From assembly GCA_029838215.1 (NCBI GenBank), contig JALGVI010000056.1, positions 1 through 31,903 of the forward strand: 31,903 nucleotides of DNA. Reading direction: 5' to 3'. Positions 9,042 through 17,002 of this stretch are shown one piece after another (the first letter of the stretch is position 1; the number at the start of each line of letters is the position of its first letter). The translations under genes and the position numbers were made by a program. Source of the stretch: Candidatus Helarchaeota archaeon (lineage in GTDB: Archaea > Asgardarchaeota > Lokiarchaeia > Helarchaeales > RDOG01). The notes beneath the pieces are model-generated. The model saw only the letters and a list, made by a program, of their open reading frames with translations, did not search any database and was not told the DNA's origin.

Positions 9042-9467
9042 GTGTTGTTTTTGTCCGCAACTAAAGAGAATATTCTGGAAGAATTTCAACGGATAAAGGG
9101 AATCGATAAGAAAATCGCACTTGCGTTATATAATGCAAGAATTCGTTCTCTTAAGGAACTTGAAAACGTTGAAGTTTCTAAATTATCAAAATTAATTGGA
9201 ATCGAACAAACTACGATTAAAGAGTGGATTGAAAAAATTCCTCAACAACTTGTAACTTCTGAAGTTGAAGATTCCATTCAAATATTAAGCTCATTTCTAA
9301 ATATTTCTGAAGAAATTGCTGAGAAATTGCGAAACGTTGGCGTGTTCTCAATCAAACACCTTTCTGAAGAAGTCCCCGAGTTGCTAGCAGACGATTTGGA
9401 AATGCCGGTAAAGACCGTCTTGGAATGGATAAAAAAAGCAAAAACTCATGTTCGTCAAAAAAAATGA
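9042..9467 (+). CDS. Protein made of two tandem helix-hairpin-helix domains (RadA-N / NusA-AR / HHH_5-like)
   Basis: Two ~58-aa repeats: FQRIKGIDKKIALALYNARIRSLKEL...IKEWIEK and LSSFLNISEEIAEKLRNVGVFSIKHL...VLEWIKKA. Confidence 0.7.
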   Translation: MLFLSATKENILEEFQRIKGIDKKIALALYNARIRSLKELENVEVSKLSKLIGIEQTTIKEWIEKIPQQLVTSEVEDSIQILSSFLNISEEIAEKLRNVGVFSIKHLSEEVPELLADDLEMPVKTVLEWIKKAKTHVRQKK

Positions 9468-9532
9468 TGAAGTTGCCATCTAAGACGTTTTACAATGAAG
9501 TTCAATATTCATGATCGAAAACGTGATGATTA

Positions 9533-9889
9533 ATGTCTCAAGAAAAAGATTGGATAATTCGGTATTCTTATGCTGAAATGCTAAAAGAAATTGTAATGGA
9601 TTTCATGGATATACTGAATCGATATGAAGATTTTTCAAAAACTAAGAAAGCAGAACCCAGTGGAATGGTTATCATCGACTGGATGTTCGATAAGGTGCAG
9701 AAAAACATTGCACTTGCTTCAAATATTGGAAAGGGAGAATATTTTCAGGCTGCTGAAGAATTGATTGAAGAAGCACGAAGCCAATTCAATCTCTCAATTC
9801 ATTCCATCGATGATGTCATCCAAAAACTTCGTGAAGCAATAACTAAAATTACCACCGAAGGCGCGAGATCTTCAGAAAAACTATTCTGA
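9533..9889 (+). CDS. Hypothetical all-helical protein
   Basis: 118-aa ORF with GTGATGA SD-like motif upstream, amphipathic helices, tight spacing in a run of + strand genes. Confidence 0.7.
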   Translation: MSQEKDWIIRYSYAEMLKEIVMDFMDILNRYEDFSKTKKAEPSGMVIIDWMFDKVQKNIALASNIGKGEYFQAAEELIEEARSQFNLSIHSIDDVIQKLREAITKITTEGARSSEKLF

Positions 9890-9900
9890 CTCGTGATGAC

Positions 9901-10797
9901 ATGTGGGACATCGTCATAATTGGGCATACGTGCATTGATCGCTTCAACGACCCTGTTGCAACCAGACTTGGAGGAACCACATTATACGGTGGATTGACAG
10001 CCGCCAATTTAGGAAAAAAAGTCGGCATTCTCACGCCAATTTCTTCTAAGCTTTCTCCTGATCTCCTGCAAGAATTCCAACATCCCAATATCACGTTGCA
10101 CGCATTATCGACTAAAGAACAGACTGAATTCACACACGAGCTTCGCGGCGACCTGAGAATCCTCTCTTTAGAACGGAAAAGTTCCATCATTGAAGCGAAA
10201 CACGTCCCTGCTTCTTTTTACGAAACCAAATTATGCTTGATCGCTGCCGTTTGTAATGAAGTACACATCTCCGTTCTTGAAAGTTTTAGTGAACGTGGCA
10301 TTCCAATGGCTCTTGAATTGCAGGGATTCGTGAGAAAAATTCACAAGAATGGAAAAGTGGAGTTAAAAAAAGTCTGGAATGAAGCTCCTCAATTCCTTAA
10401 ACACGTAAAATATGTAAAAGGTGCAATTGGGGAAGCAATTGCTTGTTTGGGCGTGAGCCCAAAGACCGGCATTTTAGAAATCGCTAGGGGACTCTCACAA
10501 CTGGGACCTGAAGTTGTTGTCATCACATCTGGTCGTAAAGGTTCTCATGTTTTTAGAAAAAACTTCCTGATTCACATACCACCACTTCATCTTCATTGCG
10601 TGGATCGAACCGGTGCTGGCGACACGTTTTTCACTTCATTCATACTGCACGCAATGCAAACGGCGGATGAAGATATACTCGAATCGGGCCTATTTGCCTC
10701 TGCTGCCGCATCTTTCGTGATTGAAGATTACGGTGCAAGAAATTTTGGTTCGGCTGATGCCATACAAAAACGCATTCGTGATTTCATGCAAGAGTAG
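9901..10797 (+). CDS. PfkB/ribokinase-family carbohydrate kinase
   Basis: IGHTCID, LGGTT, VVITSGRKGS, VDRTGAGDTF signature. Confidence 0.92.
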   Translation: MWDIVIIGHTCIDRFNDPVATRLGGTTLYGGLTAANLGKKVGILTPISSKLSPDLLQEFQHPNITLHALSTKEQTEFTHELRGDLRILSLERKSSIIEAKHVPASFYETKLCLIAAVCNEVHISVLESFSERGIPMALELQGFVRKIHKNGKVELKKVWNEAPQFLKHVKYVKGAIGEAIACLGVSPKTGILEIARGLSQLGPEVVVITSGRKGSHVFRKNFLIHIPPLHLHCVDRTGAGDTFFTSFILHAMQTADEDILESGLFASAAASFVIEDYGARNFGSADAIQKRIRDFMQE

Positions 10798-10867
10798 AAA
10801 AACAAGCTATGAAATACATTTGAGATAAAAATCTTAAAACTCATTTCTCCGTGACATTTTTAAGAAC

Positions 10868-11323
10868 ATGATCGTGAGGATAAGATCGGTGTCAAAGATC
10901 ACGCAGTTACTTGGGAAAGTTCATTACGTATTTACGAATGAAATCATCCGAATTCACATTACAATAATGCGAATATATGGACGCTCTAGCGTGTATCTCA
11001 TGCGTGACCGTATTGAGGAGATTGTTAAAACATACGTGGAAGCGGAAGGCGACATTTACAAGAAAGCCGCAATTCTCCTGAGAGAATTCATTGCTGGTAA
11101 ACCAAGACCGTTCATTGATGGACATAAACGCACGGCTTGGGTAACCACGGTCCGATTTCTCTCTAAAAATGGATATTTCTTTCGAAATTATCAAAAATTA
11201 AAAGACAAAGAATACGTTGAGAATGAAATAGTTAATGGATTTCTCGTTCCAATTCAACGAAAAGAAATAAGAAAAATAGGAGAAATTAAAGATTGGCTTA
11301 TAAGCAAATTTGAAAGGGTCTGA
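10868..11323 (+). CDS. Fic/Doc-family protein with a non-canonical active-site motif
   Basis: EIIRIH..IMRIYG, DIYKKAAILL, RPFIDGHKRTAW (canonical HPFxDGNKRTA), FLSKNGY. Start codon uncertain. Confidence 0.82.
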   Translation: MIVRIRSVSKITQLLGKVHYVFTNEIIRIHITIMRIYGRSSVYLMRDRIEEIVKTYVEAEGDIYKKAAILLREFIAGKPRPFIDGHKRTAWVTTVRFLSKNGYFFRNYQKLKDKEYVENEIVNGFLVPIQRKEIRKIGEIKDWLISKFERV

Positions 11324-11329
11324 TGAACG

Positions 11330-11713
11330 ATGAAAAGAAAATATGAAAAAATCAGGATTAGCCCCGAACACCGCAGCATTATTAGAACATTCATTAGCCT
11401 CATTGATCCTTTAAACTTGCCTCGCCTGATAATCAATGCCATGACTTCGGACCGGTTCTTTTTTGATGAATCATTCTTCGAACAACGTGAACGATTGCGC
11501 CATTTCTTTGACATGTTCGTACCTATAAAATTTGAAGAAATTTCAGATGCCATCTATTTGCGACTCGTAAAGATCCTTAATCACTTATTCAATAAATCAT
11601 ATGAACTTGAGATAGACGTGGATGGCGTGAAAAGACTCATCATTAAGCTTTACCCAAATCGCAAGATCATCCAAGAACACAGGCTGATTCTGGACACGCT
11701 TGCTGACATGTAA
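11330..11713 (+). CDS. Hypothetical protein, possible Doc antidote
   Basis: 127-aa ORF 6 nt after the Fic gene; C-terminal KIIQEHRLILDTLADM resembles antidote tail helices. Confidence 0.6.
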   Translation: MKRKYEKIRISPEHRSIIRTFISLIDPLNLPRLIINAMTSDRFFFDESFFEQRERLRHFFDMFVPIKFEEISDAIYLRLVKILNHLFNKSYELEIDVDGVKRLIIKLYPNRKIIQEHRLILDTLADM

Positions 11714-11764
11714 ATCAGTAAAGCTAAAATCAAAAAATAAAAACGAAATTTTTGGGCGATTTTA

Positions 11765-13060
11765 ATGAATCCGTTAGCAAATGAACTGAATACACTCATT
11801 CAAAAACATTCCCCTGCAATATTCGAGATGCTTTCTAATTTCGGTAAGGAAATCTATTTTCCAAAGGGAATTTTGTCACAATCAGCCGAAGCAAAGCAGG
11901 GTGCTCACAAATATAATGCTACAATCGGTATTGCCAAGGAAAAGCAAGGATCCATGTATTTGCCGTGTATAATGCGTCATTTCAAGGATTTAAAACCCGA
12001 ACAGGTAGTAAATTATGCTCCAGGATCGGGAATTTTGGAACTTAGAAAGGAATGGAAAGCGAAGATCATTCGTCAAAATCCCACGCTGAAGGGTGCTCCA
12101 ATAAGTATGCCCGTAGTGACAAATGGCCTAACACACGGACTATTTCTTGCAGGTGATTTATTCGTAAATCCCGAAGATTTGATCATCTTACCGGATAAAA
12201 TATGGGGAAATTATAGGTTAATTTTCGAAGTGCGCAAGAATGCTCTTCTAAGACAATTTTCCTTCTTTTCAGGTGATGGATTAAACCTCCAAGCAATTAA
12301 AGATGTCTTGGAAACCGAAAAATCACGGGAAAAAATCATTCTTCTTCTAAACTTTCCAAATAATCCGACCGGTTATTCGATCAAAACACGAGAAGCAAGT
12401 AAATTAACGCAGATCTTGACTGACGTGGCAAAATCCGGACAAAAAATTATCACCATTATTGATGATGCCTATTTTGGTATGTTCTACGAAGAAGATGTCC
12501 TGAAAGAATCCATTTTCGCAAGTTTGGCAAGCACTCACGAAAATCTTCTGGCAATCAAGCTGGATGGTGCCACAAAAGAACAATTTGTTTGGGGTTTCAG
12601 AACGGGGTTCATGACATTCGGAATCAAGAACGGAAATGATGAAATGTATGATGCCATGGTTCGTAAGCTCATGGGATGCATCCGAAGCTCCATATCCAAC
12701 AGTTCAGTGACCTCTCAAAATGTCGTCCTGAGTGCCCTAAAGAATCCTACCTTCCATGAAGAACAACAAGCAAAAATACAAATTTTAAAAGGACGAGCCC
12801 TAAAAGTCAAAGAAGTCTTGTCTTCAAGCAAGTATGACGATGCGTGGGACCAATACCCCTTTAACGCCGGGTACTTCATGTGCTTGCGATTAAAAAATAT
12901 AAATGCCGAAAAACTACGCCAGCATCTTCTTAAAAAATACGGCATTGGCGTGATAGCTGTTAATGAAACCGATGTCCGAATTGCTTTCTCTTGTTTAGAA
13001 GAGGAATTCATTCAAGATTTGTTCGATACCATGTATAAAGCAACGAAAGACCTTTCTTAA
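11765..13060 (+). CDS. PLP-dependent aminotransferase class I/II
   Basis: YNATIG, VVTNGLTHG, NFPNNPTGY, DDAYFG, KLDGATKE (PLP lysine), RIAFS. Confidence 0.93.
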   Translation: MNPLANELNTLIQKHSPAIFEMLSNFGKEIYFPKGILSQSAEAKQGAHKYNATIGIAKEKQGSMYLPCIMRHFKDLKPEQVVNYAPGSGILELRKEWKAKIIRQNPTLKGAPISMPVVTNGLTHGLFLAGDLFVNPEDLIILPDKIWGNYRLIFEVRKNALLRQFSFFSGDGLNLQAIKDVLETEKSREKIILLLNFPNNPTGYSIKTREASKLTQILTDVAKSGQKIITIIDDAYFGMFYEEDVLKESIFASLASTHENLLAIKLDGATKEQFVWGFRTGFMTFGIKNGNDEMYDAMVRKLMGCIRSSISNSSVTSQNVVLSALKNPTFHEEQQAKIQILKGRALKVKEVLSSSKYDDAWDQYPFNAGYFMCLRLKNINAEKLRQHLLKKYGIGVIAVNETDVRIAFSCLEEEFIQDLFDTMYKATKDLS

Positions 13061-13100
13061 GCTTCAAAGTTCCAAAATTAATGCAACAGAAGCACGGCTT

Positions 13101-13448
13101 TCATGCAATTTCAATCTTTTTTATATTTTCTAAAACATGCTGATTTCCTTGAGCTCCTGCGCTAATGGCACCATCTTCATCAACGATAGGATCTGGAATG
13201 AGCTTTTTTTCATTAAACACGCCCGTTATCACGATTTTTCTGTTTAAATATTCGTCACTCCACTCACGAACTCCCACGATATAAATGACTTCACCATTCC
13301 TTAGAGTAATGCAGGCGCCTCCTTTCGCATTTGCTGCAACTCCAAGAAATGTTGTTTCTTCACCGATGGTTGTCCCAATAATTGAATCTCTTATCATTGG
13401 CTTATCGATATTATAAAAGATCCATTCATTTAAGATTATTCCTACCAT
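13101..13448 (-). CDS. Hypothetical beta-rich (possibly OB-fold) protein
   Basis: Convergent ORF fills the gap cleanly; GVAANAKGGACI...IYIVGVREW..EYLNRKIVITG pattern. Start may be the internal Met (MIRDS). Confidence 0.65.
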   Translation of the reverse strand: MVGIILNEWIFYNIDKPMIRDSIIGTTIGEETTFLGVAANAKGGACITLRNGEVIYIVGVREWSDEYLNRKIVITGVFNEKKLIPDPIVDEDGAISAGAQGNQHVLENIKKIEIA

Positions 13449-13497
13449 GAGAATGAATTATTGAACAAATTATAAAATATAATTTGCATCAAATCAC

Positions 13498-14217
13498 TTG
13501 ATGCATCTCGTAAAATTCCTTCGGCAACTTCCGTTTTCGATTAAAGACATTCATCTCTTCAGGAAGGCATTAGTTCACCCATCTGCAGAAGCATGTGAGA
13601 ATGGAACGCCATTTCAACGGTTGGAGTTTCTCGGGGATAGCGTTTTGGGCTTGGTTATCGGAGAAATGCTTTTCAAGCAGTTTCCGGAGAGCGATGAGGG
13701 CGTTCTCACGAAAATTCGCTCATTCTTGATTGAAGATGCTTTTCTATTTCAAGTTAGCGAAAAAATTGGACTTAAAACAATATTAACGGTGGGTCAAGGA
13801 GTTACCACAAAGGACTGGAAAAAAATCCTTGCAGATTCTTTTGAAGCATTCATCGGAGCCATCTATCTTGATCAATCTTATGATATCGTCCACGATTACG
13901 TGATACAAATCTATAATGAAATATTTCGAGAAGAAGGAGGCATTATCGTGTTGAAGGAAAGAATAAATTCTTTTAATTTACAACAAAATCCAATAGGACA
14001 AATTCAAGAGCAACTCCAAAAGGAAGGATTTCCCGTGCCAACTTATGACATCATGGAAGATTCCGATTTGAACGATGGGCTGCCTGTTTTTACTGCAACC
14101 ATTTCTTTCGAGACAAATCGTGGTCAATTCTCTTACAAGGGAACTGGGCGTAATAAAAAAAATGCACGCAAGATTGCTGCTCAAGAAGCCCTATATCACG
14201 AAAATGAATGGAAATAA
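13498..14217 (+). CDS. rnc: Ribonuclease III (RIIID + dsRBD)
   Basis: KALVHPS, QRLEFLGDSVLGL signature, DEGVLTKIRS, LADSFEAFIGAIYLD; dsRBD NPIGQIQE...PTY...GTGRNKKNARKIAAQEAL. Confidence 0.93.
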   Translation: MMHLVKFLRQLPFSIKDIHLFRKALVHPSAEACENGTPFQRLEFLGDSVLGLVIGEMLFKQFPESDEGVLTKIRSFLIEDAFLFQVSEKIGLKTILTVGQGVTTKDWKKILADSFEAFIGAIYLDQSYDIVHDYVIQIYNEIFREEGGIIVLKERINSFNLQQNPIGQIQEQLQKEGFPVPTYDIMEDSDLNDGLPVFTATISFETNRGQFSYKGTGRNKKNARKIAAQEALYHENEWK

Positions 14218-14223
14218 TATTAT

Positions 14224-14646
14224 TCAAGCCAAGTTCTCTTTTAAAAACAACCTCACTTTCTCCAAGATTTTATCACGAGCCACGCGAAATGCATCTAGCT
14301 TTTCTTCTCTGCTACCGACAACTCCTGCAGGATCTTCTATATCCCAATGGATCATCTTGGTCTTTCCTGGAAAATAAGGACAAGCCTCCCTTGCTTGATG
14401 ACAAGTAGTTATGACGAAATCAAAATCTTGTTTTAAAAAGTCTTGAACGCTTTTTGAGGATTGAGATGAGATATTCACGCCCATTTCTTTCATTACCTCG
14501 ATTGCAAATGGATTGACACCAAAACCCTTACGTAATCCTGCACTATGTACCTCTATACGATTTCCTGCCAAAGACTTCAAAAAACCTTCACCTATTTGAC
14601 TCCGACAAGTATTTTCGATGCATAAAATCAATACTCGAATTACCAT
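14224..14646 (-). CDS. arsC: Thioredoxin-coupled arsenate reductase (LMW-PTP fold)
   Basis: LCIENTCRSQIGEG P-loop, resolving Cys pair TTCHQAREACPYFPG, HWDIEDP, FRVARDKI. Confidence 0.9.
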   Translation of the reverse strand: MVIRVLILCIENTCRSQIGEGFLKSLAGNRIEVHSAGLRKGFGVNPFAIEVMKEMGVNISSQSSKSVQDFLKQDFDFVITTCHQAREACPYFPGKTKMIHWDIEDPAGVVGSREEKLDAFRVARDKILEKVRLFLKENLA

Positions 14647-14665
14647 GTATTCACTTCAAAATACT

Positions 14666-16318
14666 TCACGTGCCATGCAACTTCTTAATTTCTGCTTCCA
14701 AAAAATCTTTCAAGATCTTTTCGTTCAATTCCCGGAGAGATACCTCGAATTTTGTATAGAATTCCTCATCATGGACATCCAGACCATTCTCATGAGAAAT
14801 TTCATGTGATATTAATGGACTTAAAAGAAATTTGCATATGAATGGATAATTAATGGCTTTCTTTGCTAAATTGAAAATCCGACTATTGCGTTGTATTCGA
14901 ATTTCACCTTTTATATGTTCAGCCTCATCAACTTCATCACCCTCCATGATGAGAACCTTCAGATCGGTCATTTCTTGAGCAAGTTTTAATGTTTTGCGTT
15001 CCAATGTAGTCATTCTGTCCTCAGGAATCATCACTCGGTTGCCCAATCCTGCCTTCTTTCGGGCGAAGTCAGAAATTGCATTATGGATTTCAAATTGATT
15101 TTTTGCCGCAATCATTCGAATTATATCAAGTTCTCGTTCTGACGGGTTTATGAGGACCAAATAATCCCGCTTGCGTAGTCTATCCACGATCAAGTTACGT
15201 TTCTCGGAAAAAAATATGATTTTTTTGGGACGCGCAAGCTCCACGACTTTTTCAAGTGTAATGCGTTCAGACTGTCCACTCATCTGGTAAATACGTGCGT
15301 TCCAAACGTAGATATGCGATTTTTTCGAAATGGCATAATTTAACAAAGCCTGATAATCGTCTTTTTGCGGATTTCTCGATAGTTTTTTCATCACTTCATC
15401 GCATTTACGAGTCAAAACATTAATGAAGAAATAATAATCCTCATTTTGAACGAGTGCATCCCGACTGGGAACAACCTGAAGCTTGTTATAGTTGATATAT
15501 CCGCAGACGGAGTCCACTGGGGATATCAGGTTAAGAACCTTGATGTTGTGAACGAAAGCCTGGATCATGTTATTTGAGGTTTGATAAGCCAAACAACCGT
15601 TGATGCGCTTGTTGTCATCGAGAATATCCGACTCATCAAAATCGACAATGGCACGATTCATCGGATTTTCTTCGATTGCCTCTCGAAAAGTCTTATTTAT
15701 TCGTGCACCATTTATATAAAGTGGAATGTCAAAAAAAACACAGGTTTTTCTGAGATAATCTTCAATCTCTTTAATTGGAAATTTACGTCCTTTTGAAATA
15801 ACTATGAGAAGAGTTCCATGCTCCGATAGATCTGATACAAACTTACGGAATTCTGAAGGAATTTCATCCAAAGAAATCTCATCGCAACTAAACCATTTCT
15901 TATCAGGATACACTTTCAAAAATACTCTATCGCGTTTCGGACGTCGCGTAAAGACATATACTTGAGATGCTTCCTTAAAAATGGCAAAGAATCCTCGCCC
16001 GAATATTCCTGCCCTGTCTCGACCTTTCTTATCCGTGCCATATAATCTCAATAGATACTGATTAATTTCTTTACTTGCAAGACCAATCCCATTATCCCAG
16101 ACAGTAATGAAGGAAGGAAACAAGGCGACGCGGATCGTGCCGTTAAACTTTTTATCCTTTCTTCCATAATAATCTTTATAATCCTCAATTGCGTCTGCTG
16201 CATTCTGTAATAACTCTCTAAAACCCGCGTGATAATCTCCATACTTGTAAATGACTTCTTCACTTAGTGATTCTAGGTCTATTGTTATTTGTCTTTTCTT
16301 CACCATTTCAACAAGCAC
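14666..16318 (-). CDS. Hsp90-like GHKL ATPase fused to a C-terminal HExxH zincin-like motif
   Basis: FRELLQNAADA, WDNGIGL, AGIFGRGFFAIF, EHGT, GYINYNKLQVVPSRDALVQN; C-terminal SHEISHENGLDVHDEEFY. Start is GTG 16318 or ATG 16306. Confidence 0.85.
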   Translation of the reverse strand: MLVEMVKKRQITIDLESLSEEVIYKYGDYHAGFRELLQNAADAIEDYKDYYGRKDKKFNGTIRVALFPSFITVWDNGIGLASKEINQYLLRLYGTDKKGRDRAGIFGRGFFAIFKEASQVYVFTRRPKRDRVFLKVYPDKKWFSCDEISLDEIPSEFRKFVSDLSEHGTLLIVISKGRKFPIKEIEDYLRKTCVFFDIPLYINGARINKTFREAIEENPMNRAIVDFDESDILDDNKRINGCLAYQTSNNMIQAFVHNIKVLNLISPVDSVCGYINYNKLQVVPSRDALVQNEDYYFFINVLTRKCDEVMKKLSRNPQKDDYQALLNYAISKKSHIYVWNARIYQMSGQSERITLEKVVELARPKKIIFFSEKRNLIVDRLRKRDYLVLINPSERELDIIRMIAAKNQFEIHNAISDFARKKAGLGNRVMIPEDRMTTLERKTLKLAQEMTDLKVLIMEGDEVDEAEHIKGEIRIQRNSRIFNLAKKAINYPFICKFLLSPLISHEISHENGLDVHDEEFYTKFEVSLRELNEKILKDFLEAEIKKLHGT

Positions 16319-16432
16319 CGTTTTTTCAAAGAAAGTACCCTACTTTTAACTATATGCTCATGTTCATACTACAAATAAATAAACTTGAATATTAATATTA
16401 GATTTCTCTCTTTTTTTCTAATAGTGATCGAA

Positions 16433-16882
16433 ATGAGTTCTCTTAACGGAATACTAACAGAAGACGATGAAGAATTAGCAAAAATTCGCAATAAGAAAAA
16501 AAGAGCACTCGAAAAATTCATCTTGCAGGGAAAAACAACTCAAGGACAAGGTCTGCATGCCGGTGACGTGATTGATCTTAACTTGATGAATTTTGATGAA
16601 ATAATTAAAAAATCTGATCGCATTATCGTTGACTTCTGGTCGCCGACCTGTGTCCCTTGCCGATTGATGGAGCCTGTTTTCAAAAAACTTGCACTTGAAT
16701 ATCGCGGCAAAGTCACGTTCGGGAAAATTAACGTTAGTGCGAATTCTTTAATAGCAAGCAGGTATGGTGTCATGGCAGTACCTACGTTCTTGCTTTTCAA
16801 AATGGGAAGACCCGTTTATAGGTTTTCAGGCGCAGTAGGTGAAGCGAGTCTAAAAAATACTATTAATAGGTTTCTTCAATAA
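16433..16882 (+). CDS. trxA: Thioredoxin with archaeal N-terminal helical extension
   Basis: DDEELAKIRNKKK extension, VDFWSPTCVPC, KINV, YGVMAVPTF, GAV. ATG 16433 is preceded by GTGATC. Confidence 0.9.
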   Translation: MSSLNGILTEDDEELAKIRNKKKRALEKFILQGKTTQGQGLHAGDVIDLNLMNFDEIIKKSDRIIVDFWSPTCVPCRLMEPVFKKLALEYRGKVTFGKINVSANSLIASRYGVMAVPTFLLFKMGRPVYRFSGAVGEASLKNTINRFLQ

Positions 16883-17002
16883 TTTGGTGAAGTATTGGGC
16901 GAAAATCCGCTGAACCAACTGTTTATTACATCGAAATTGCTTGGAAATGTTTTAATTAATCTTTTAAAATTGTGAACCAAGTAATGATTTTATCGTGTTT
17001 GC

